A stretch of 64,000 nucleotides of DNA, taken from Candidatus Thermosaccharophagus tengchongensis. Its GTDB lineage: Bacteria; Armatimonadota; Fervidibacteria; Fervidibacterales; Thermosaccharophagaceae. The translations under genes were made by a program, and so were the position numbers. The DNA lies in assembly GCA_032161105.1 (NCBI GenBank), contig JAVHTD010000007.1. One strand, 5' to 3'. Below the pieces are notes generated by a model. The model was given only the letters and a program-made list of their open reading frames with translations, was not told the DNA's origin and made no database searches. Of the stretch, positions 57,783-64,000 are shown one piece after another. Position 1 is the stretch's first letter. Each line of letters starts with the position of its first letter.

Positions 57783-58994
57783 ATGCCGCGCTCCACAATT
57801 GAGGAGGCAATTGAGGCATTTAAGCGCGGTGAGTTCCTGATCATCGTTGACGATGAGGACAGGGAGAACGAGGGCGACTTAGTCATCGCAGCTGAGAAGG
57901 TTACACCCGAGGCAATTAACTTCATGCTCAAGCATGGGCGTGGTCTTGTGTGCCTCGCAATCATCGGGCAAAGGCTGGACGAACTCTGCATACCGCCAAT
58001 GGTCTCAAACAACACCGACCCATTTGGGTCTGCGTTTGCCGTTTCAGTTGATGCCCACCCGAAGTTCGGCGTTACAACCGGCATATCCGCGCATGACCGA
58101 GCCACAACAATAAAGGTCATCCTTGATCCGAATACGAAGCCATCGGACTTGACTCGTCCGGGACACATCTTCCCGCTGCGCTATAGGGAAGGGGGCGTGC
58201 TCAGGAGAGCCGGTCACACTGAGGCAGCTGTTGATATGGCAAAACTCGCCGGGCTATACCCAGCAGCAGTGATATGCGAGATATTGCGTGATGATGGCAC
58301 TATGGCAAGGTTGCCCGACTTGGAGCGCCTATCCGATGAGCATGGAATCAAGCTCATCACGATAGCCGATTTGATTGCCTACAGGAGAAGGACGGAAAAG
58401 CTTGTCCGCAAAGTCGCAACAGCGCGCTTCCCGACCATCTTTGGTGAATTCACAATGCACGCTTTTGAGAGCCTGATTGATGGAACACCATACATTGCGC
58501 TTGTGATGGGCGAGATAAACCCAGATGAGCCAATACTTGTGAGGGTGCATTCGGCTTGCGTCACCGGGGACGCACTTTTCTCATTGCGGTGTGATTGCGG
58601 AATGCAACTTCGCTTGGCTCTTGAGAAGATAGCTCAAGAGGGTAGGGGAGTGCTCGTCTACATCTCGCAGCATGAAGGGCGCGGAATAGGCTTGCTCAAC
58701 AAGCTTAAGGCATACGAGCTTCAGGACAAGGGGCTTGATACTGTTGATGCAAATCTGCACCTTGGCTATCCGCCGGATTTGCGAGACTACGGGCTTGGCG
58801 CTCAAGTGCTCTATGAGCTCGGCGTCCGCAAGATGAGGTTGATGACAAACAATCCATCAAAGAGGGCTGGTCTTTTGGGCTATGGGCTTGAAATAGTTGA
58901 GAGAGTCCCATTGGAAGTCAAGCCGAACAGCGCAAATAGGGATTACCTGCGCGCAAAGCGGGAGAAGCTCGGTCACATGATTGATGTTGAGTAG
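57783..58994 (+). CDS. ribBA: DHBP synthase / GTP cyclohydrolase II
   Basis: DDEDRENEGD, TTGISAHDR, GHTEA, RVHSAC..RCDCG, EGRGIG, TNNP. Confidence 0.97.
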   Translation: MPRSTIEEAIEAFKRGEFLIIVDDEDRENEGDLVIAAEKVTPEAINFMLKHGRGLVCLAIIGQRLDELCIPPMVSNNTDPFGSAFAVSVDAHPKFGVTTGISAHDRATTIKVILDPNTKPSDLTRPGHIFPLRYREGGVLRRAGHTEAAVDMAKLAGLYPAAVICEILRDDGTMARLPDLERLSDEHGIKLITIADLIAYRRRTEKLVRKVATARFPTIFGEFTMHAFESLIDGTPYIALVMGEINPDEPILVRVHSACVTGDALFSLRCDCGMQLRLALEKIAQEGRGVLVYISQHEGRGIGLLNKLKAYELQDKGLDTVDANLHLGYPPDLRDYGLGAQVLYELGVRKMRLMTNNPSKRAGLLGYGLEIVERVPLEVKPNSANRDYLRAKREKLGHMIDVE

Positions 58995-59061
58995 CGGCAC
59001 ATGAAATGCTCTCGCAAAGCTTGGAATACGCCGTATGCAAATGAACCAAAGCGTTGGTGTT

Positions 59062-60270
59062 CTATCGTGCCCATCCAACTTTGGTTAACAGGATGGCAGT
59101 GGCGAGGATTGAGAGCGCTGCACAAACCATGAATGCCACAGTGGCTCCGAGCGCTTCCCACAAAGCCCCAAACAGCAAGCTGGCGGGTAGCATGCCCATC
59201 CCGATTACGAAATGAAAAATTCCATAACCGCTTCCGCGAAGATGCTCGCTGACTAAATCAGCCACAATGGCTCTTTCTGCGCCCTCCGTCATGGCGAAGT
59301 AAAGACCATAAACGGTGAACAGAAGCCATATGTGAGTTGGCGATGAGGCAACGCCAAAGCCGGCATAGACCAACGCATAGGTAAGCCAGCCGAGCGCAAT
59401 TGCTTTTATTCGCCCTATCCTGTCCGAGAGCATGCCGCCATATACACTCAAGGCGCTTTTGATGATGTGCAGCCAAGTCCAGAGCATCGGAATCGCATAC
59501 TCCGGCACGCCGCATTGGTTCGCACGAAGCAGCAAGAAGGCATCACTTGAGTTGCTCAGAGTGAATGCGAATACCGAAGCCAATAGCCAACGAAAGCGCG
59601 CATCAAATTGTGACAGGCAGAGGGAAATGGGCTTTGAGCTCACAGCCGATACTTGAACCTCGCTCGTCTGGCTTAGGCGTGGGTCGCTGACGCCAAACCA
59701 CAGCACAAAGAGGGATATCAGCGCAGGCACTGAGGCGCACAGGAACACAAGCCTGTATTGCCCACCAAATAGCGCAAGCAGCGCAAAAGCCGACATAGGT
59801 CCTATTAGCGCTCCGAGATGATCAAGCGACCTGTGGAATCCGAAAGCGGTTCCACGAATGCCTTCATTGCATGCATGTGCAATGAGTGCGTCCCTTGGTG
59901 ATGTGCGTATTCCCTTCCCAATCCTGTCTACGAAGCGCAGCAGAAGCACTTGGTAGGCTGCATTGACAAAAGCCATCAACGGACGAGTTGCCCCGGCAAG
60001 CGCATAGCCTATGAATGTCAAAAGCTTATGCTGCCTTATGATGTCAGCAAGCCAACCGGAAATGAGCTTGAGCAGGCTCGCCGTCGTTTCAGCGATGCCC
60101 TCTAACAGTCCAATGAAAGCAAACGAAGCTTTGAGCTCATGCCTGAGGAATAGCGGGAGAAGCGGATAGAGCATCTCGCTGCTGGCGTCATTCAATAAGC
60201 TGACGATGGCGAGCACTTTGACAGCTCTCGGCAGCTCCTTCGTGGCTCTGAGCAGTGCAATTGAGCGCAT
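59062..60270 (-). CDS. MFS transporter
   Basis: About 12 TM segments; SLLNDASSEM, DRIGKGIRTSPRDALI, GMLSDRIGR. Confidence 0.92.
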   Translation of the reverse strand: MRSIALLRATKELPRAVKVLAIVSLLNDASSEMLYPLLPLFLRHELKASFAFIGLLEGIAETTASLLKLISGWLADIIRQHKLLTFIGYALAGATRPLMAFVNAAYQVLLLRFVDRIGKGIRTSPRDALIAHACNEGIRGTAFGFHRSLDHLGALIGPMSAFALLALFGGQYRLVFLCASVPALISLFVLWFGVSDPRLSQTSEVQVSAVSSKPISLCLSQFDARFRWLLASVFAFTLSNSSDAFLLLRANQCGVPEYAIPMLWTWLHIIKSALSVYGGMLSDRIGRIKAIALGWLTYALVYAGFGVASSPTHIWLLFTVYGLYFAMTEGAERAIVADLVSEHLRGSGYGIFHFVIGMGMLPASLLFGALWEALGATVAFMVCAALSILATAILLTKVGWAR

Positions 60271-60357
60271 TATATTCAATCCCCTTTGATGACATTCGCG
60301 TTGAGCGCCCAAGCGAGGTTTGGGGCACACAGCAAGGAAGCATTCTTGTTTGGCTGC

Positions 60358-60969
60358 CTAAAGCTCTCGTATGCGTATGTTGCGCCAGTGTATCTCCGCT
60401 CCCTCAGATTGAAAGATGAGATAGCCCTTTCTCGGCTCAGCATTTGCCCCTATAGCAATGACATGCCCGTTGACGCATGTCGCCACGAAACCGTTATAGT
60501 TGATGATGTGATACGAATTCCACTCGCGCAGTTTTGCCGGGCGCTGCAAAACCGGCGTTGCATCCACTTTACCGCCGCTCACCCCAAATATTCTCCCAAC
60601 TTCGGTGTGAAGCAGCTGAAACTCAATGCCCTGCGGCCAGATCTTGTCGGGAAGAACCATCAAGAAGACGCCGCTGTTACCGGGCTCCATCATGCGATAT
60701 TCAAACCGGAGGATGAAGTTGCCAAACTCCTTTTCAGTGCGCAGGTAGCCATTCGGTCTGCCAGTGCATATGATAATGCCATCTTCAACTCGCCATGTCT
60801 TTTGTGGGTCACCGCCGGGAAGGAATGGTATGAACCCACTCAGGTCTTTGCCATTAAACAGCGGTGTGAAGCCCTCTTCAGCCACCTGCGAAAATGCAAT
60901 GTCAACCAACGCTCCAGCCCCAACAAACGCCAAAGCTGTGAGCAATTCTCGCCGATTCACAACTTTCAC
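60358..60969 (-). CDS. DUF1080 (3-keto-disaccharide hydrolase-like) protein with Tat signal
   Basis: NRRELL signal; LFNGKDLSG..W.VEDG, NSGVF, EFQL, EWN, FQSEG..WRNIRI. Confidence 0.88.
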   Translation of the reverse strand: MKVVNRRELLTALAFVGAGALVDIAFSQVAEEGFTPLFNGKDLSGFIPFLPGGDPQKTWRVEDGIIICTGRPNGYLRTEKEFGNFILRFEYRMMEPGNSGVFLMVLPDKIWPQGIEFQLLHTEVGRIFGVSGGKVDATPVLQRPAKLREWNSYHIINYNGFVATCVNGHVIAIGANAEPRKGYLIFQSEGAEIHWRNIRIREL

Positions 60970-61088
60970 CCCCCCTTAGCGCACCATTAAGGGCTTGAAT
61001 TGACCCCACACGATGTAAGTATACCACGCATCGCCGCGTCGGCGGGAGCAGCTTTAGCTATGCGCTTTCCACCCGCTGCAGAATATTA

Positions 61089-61298
61089 AGCGCATAGGAG
61101 TTGCGCAGCTCTGGATGCAGGGATGGCTTTTAATCCATTCGCAGGGGCGCATGAAATGCGCCAAAAACAGGCGTGTATTAAGCGGGCGTATTTCACGCAA
61201 CCCTGCATTTCCATCCGACCATAATGGGATGATGACTTGCAGGAGAGGCTTTAGCCACAAAGAAGCTTATAAGTCAACTGCGCGAGTTCCAAAGCGCT
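61089..61298 (+). ncRNA. Candidate structured RNA (unclassified leader or 6S-like)
   Basis: Nested long-range complementarity; see findings. Confidence 0.35.
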
Positions 61299-61321
61299 CT
61301 CATATTTGGTGGTGCAACAAG

Positions 61322-62002
61322 ATGGGCGAGAGAATATGGCTTGCATGGAGCAGCGGAAAGGACTCAGCACTCACACTGCACATCATTCAACAGGATAGCA
61401 GGTGGAGCCATTTTGAAGTTTGCGCTCTGCTTTGCACCATCACCGAGGACTATGGGCGAGTCAGCATGCACGGTGTGCGCAGGGAGCTCGTGCTTGCCCA
61501 AGCCGAATCAATCGGCATACCATTGGCTGAAGTGCTGATACCGGCAAAGTGCACCAATGATGCGTATGAGGAAGCCATGCGCACAGCCCTTGAAGCGGCT
61601 GCGAGGGACGGAATTGTTGGTGTTGCGTTTGGTGACATACACCTTTCGGATGTGCGTGAATACCGTGAGAGGCAAATGGCTCGTGTTGGCATGACGCCAG
61701 TATTTCCGCTGTGGGGGATGAAGCCGGGCGAGGTTGCGCTTAAGTTTTTGTCCCTCGGGTTTAAGGCGGTTGTCGTGTGCGTTGATTCAAAGCAACTTGA
61801 TCCGGCGCTATGTGGTCGTGAATATGATGAATCGTTCTTGAGCGAACTGCCGGAGCTGGTTGACCCGTGTGGCGAGAATGGCGAATTCCACACATTCGTT
61901 TACGACGGACCGACCTTTACAAAGCCGATTGAAATCCGGCGCGGCAGGGTGATCATGCGGGACGAGCGATTTGCATTCTGCGACCTAACTTTGGGCAGGT
62001 GA
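61322..62002 (+). CDS. Adenine nucleotide alpha-hydrolase (Dph6/MJ0570-like PP-loop ATPase)
   Basis: AWSSGKDS, RVSMHGVR, FGDIHL, PLW, DPCGENGEFHTFV; start moved to ATG 61322. Confidence 0.9.
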   Translation: MGERIWLAWSSGKDSALTLHIIQQDSRWSHFEVCALLCTITEDYGRVSMHGVRRELVLAQAESIGIPLAEVLIPAKCTNDAYEEAMRTALEAAARDGIVGVAFGDIHLSDVREYRERQMARVGMTPVFPLWGMKPGEVALKFLSLGFKAVVVCVDSKQLDPALCGREYDESFLSELPELVDPCGENGEFHTFVYDGPTFTKPIEIRRGRVIMRDERFAFCDLTLGR

Positions 62003-63048
62003 TGAGCGTGAGGGGTGACGAGCAGACTGTGGTTCTCAAGGAGGCGTCGTATTACGAGGTGCTCCCGGATGGTTCGGTTAAATGCGCTCTTGAGCCACGC
62101 CAGTGCATCATTCACGATGGAGAGAGGGGCTTCTGTGGAACAAGGCAAAACATAAAAGGCAAGCTTTGGTCATTGACCCACTCAAGAGTTGCCGTCGTTG
62201 ACATTGAGATGCTTTACCATCACCACATTTACCATGTCCTTCCGGGCGCATACTTTGTCACCGTCGGCACAGCCGGATGCAACATGAGCTGCCAATACTG
62301 TGAGACTGCCGCAATATCGCAGGCGACACCTGAGGCAGTGGAGAGCATACACGCAACACCACAAATGCTTATCGGGTTGGCGATTGAGCGCGGAGCTGTG
62401 GGGATACTGTTTGCTCACAACGAGCCAGTGGCAAGCTACGAATTCATGCTTGACACATTCAAGCTCGCAAAGGATTACAAGCTGCGCACTGCATGCCACA
62501 CTGCCGCAAAGATATTCGCCAAACCGCTCATTGAGCTGTGTCGCCACTTGGATGCCATCAACATTGACTTGAAGGCTTTTGACGAAGCCGTCTACGAAAG
62601 GCTATGTCAGGGAAGCCTTGAGACGACGAAGGAGGCAATTGCTGTCATTTCAAAACTCGGCAATGTCTTCATTGAGGTGACCTACCCACTCGTGCCCGGA
62701 TTTAATGATGAGCCGGAGCAAGTCAAGCGCATGTGTGAATGGCTGCTGAAGACAGCTGGAGATGAAGTGCCATTGCATTTCATTCGTTTCTTCCCGGCGC
62801 ACAAGATGAAGGATGCCGCTCCAACGCCGATTGAACTCATCTATGAGCGCCGTGAGCTCGCAATGAAGATGGGTCTCAAGTATGTCTATGGTGGCAACCT
62901 TTTCGGCGACAAAGCCGAGTTCACATACTGCGCCAAGTGCAAAGCTATAGTCATTGAGCGAGATGAGGAAGGCATCCCGACACTGCGTATGCGTTCAGGT
63001 AAGTGTGAAGCCTGCGGCAATGCCATCCCCGGAATATGGAAGGTTTAG
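61999..63048 (+). CDS. Divergent AmmeMemoRadiSam-type radical SAM enzyme
   Basis: GFCGTRQN, GCNMSCQYC, NIDLKAF, PGFND, LHFIRFFP, YVYGGN, CAKC..CEAC; overlaps the upstream stop. Confidence 0.88.
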   Translation: MMSVRGDEQTVVLKEASYYEVLPDGSVKCALEPRQCIIHDGERGFCGTRQNIKGKLWSLTHSRVAVVDIEMLYHHHIYHVLPGAYFVTVGTAGCNMSCQYCETAAISQATPEAVESIHATPQMLIGLAIERGAVGILFAHNEPVASYEFMLDTFKLAKDYKLRTACHTAAKIFAKPLIELCRHLDAINIDLKAFDEAVYERLCQGSLETTKEAIAVISKLGNVFIEVTYPLVPGFNDEPEQVKRMCEWLLKTAGDEVPLHFIRFFPAHKMKDAAPTPIELIYERRELAMKMGLKYVYGGNLFGDKAEFTYCAKCKAIVIERDEEGIPTLRMRSGKCEACGNAIPGIWKV

Positions 63049-63120
63049 TGGCTTTGGGGCGAGCGTGAACTTCCCCTTGTAAGTGGCGTATGGTGAGGGT
63101 GCATCCGTCAAATTGCACCA

Positions 63121-64000
63121 TCAGCGCCCGTGACAGACTGCGCAAGTCTCCTCTCGCTTGTGGCACTTTAGGCAAGCCGAACTTGGCTCAAAGCTTGCCA
63201 CATCCTTGTGCTTGAGCGCGAACCCCTCAGGATGCGGCAAGGGAACCCCGTGACATGCATCGCATGCATTCTTCCCGTGGCAGCGCTCACATAGCTTTTG
63301 CTCCTCCTTCTTCACCTTCGCGTGAGCCTTCCGATAATCCTTCGGATGCGGCATCGGTAAGCCATGGCAAGCATCACACCATGATTGCGTGTGGCAGCGC
63401 ATGCAAAGGCTCGGGTTTAACTTTGCCTCTTTGTGCTTCCGCTCATATCCCTTCGGGTGGGGCATCTTGATGCCGTGGCATGCATCGCAGAATGAGCTTG
63501 AATGACACATCAGGCAGTTCTGTCCGGAAAGGTAAAGCTTGCCATGACGCTCAATGAAATCGGCTTTGGCGTGTGACGGTGGCTTTCTGACGATGTGGCA
63601 CGCATCACAGAATGAGCGCTCATGACATTGCAGGCATTGAGCTTCCTTACTGCTGGCAAGCGCCCCGTGCTTTGTGGCGAAGCCCTTCACATGGCTGGAG
63701 GGCTTGCGCGGCTTATGACATAGGTCGCAAAAGGTGTCACTGTGGCATTCCAAACATCGTTGCCTATCCTCTGTCTCGGTCGGGTGGCGCTCAAGCCAAC
63801 CTTGGCTATGAGTTTTTGGCAGTGCCGTCTCGGGGCGTAAGTGGCACAGCGAACACTTTTTTGGGGCGCTCTTGCCATCATGGCATTCCAAGCACACATC
63901 CATTGGCACTGCGCCGTGTTTCGGATATTGCTGCCCAGCCTTGCGCCGCTTGATGTCCCTGTGACAATCGCTGCAATGAGCGCCTCGCTCAATGTGCTTC
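63121..64000 (-). CDS. Multiheme c-type cytochrome (5' end outside the window)
   Basis: 14 CxxCH motifs in the listed ORF plus CSDCH in the in-frame upstream extension that runs to the window edge. Confidence 0.93.
   Translation of the reverse strand, partial: KHIERGAHCSDCHRDIKRRKAGQQYPKHGAVPMDVCLECHDGKSAPKKCSLCHLRPETALPKTHSQGWLERHPTETEDRQRCLECHSDTFCDLCHKPRKPSSHVKGFATKHGALASSKEAQCLQCHERSFCDACHIVRKPPSHAKADFIERHGKLYLSGQNCLMCHSSSFCDACHGIKMPHPKGYERKHKEAKLNPSLCMRCHTQSWCDACHGLPMPHPKDYRKAHAKVKKEEQKLCERCHGKNACDACHGVPLPHPEGFALKHKDVASFEPSSACLKCHKREETCAVCHGR

Noticed and set aside
55869..58994. Riboflavin operon lacking ribH
   Set aside because: ribH is often encoded elsewhere (e.g. with nusB); not informative from one window
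60286..60990. Long antisense or alternative-frame ORFs (e.g. 60286..60990+, 20244..20945-, 42064..42654+, 43827..44444+)
   Set aside because: They shadow well-supported genes on the opposite strand and have no recognisable motifs
1..64000. CRISPR arrays, IS elements, prophage, rRNA, tmRNA, RNase P, SRP RNA
   Set aside because: No repeat-spacer arrays, transposase, integrase or phage ORFs, or diagnostic RNA motifs were seen

Overview
A 64-kb stretch of bacterial chromosome at roughly 50-55% GC. The type IV pilin-like/H-X9-DG protein, orphan Tad secretin, several ConA/DUF1080-like secreted proteins and tandem Hsp20 genes suggest a thermophilic Armatimonadota-like diderm (inference). Most of the window is core metabolism: hemC, sirC, aroKB, HU, tRNA-Pro(GGG), ilvD, yqgF, hypABF, two galT, thiE/thiL, folP, secDF, ribD/E/BA. 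I saw no CRISPR array, transposase, integrase or rRNA. The leading candidate for an undescribed system is an AmmeMemoRadiSam operon (radical SAM, DUF362, MEMO1-AMMECR1 fusion) in which all three proteins carry Tat or lipoprotein export signals; a second, signal-less and divergent radical SAM paralog is coupled to a Dph6-like ATP pyrophosphatase behind a ~210-nt structured leader. Other candidates: (1) an orphan double-zinc-finger anti-sigma factor coupled to a large beta-rich outer-membrane-like protein, with an ECF-type promoter motif shared with a second secreted-protein gene; (2) a three-gene c-di-GMP module made of a dead PD-(D/E)XK-like protein, a GAF-GGDEF-HisKA hybrid and a degenerate REC-GAF-HD-GYP protein; (3) a SecD carrying extra copies of the SecF periplasmic domain; (4) a cytochrome with at least 15 hemes. 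All family calls come from motif recognition by eye; no searches were run. Where a Shine-Dalgarno (SD) site or a conserved N-terminus indicated a better start, I adjusted it from the ORF track.
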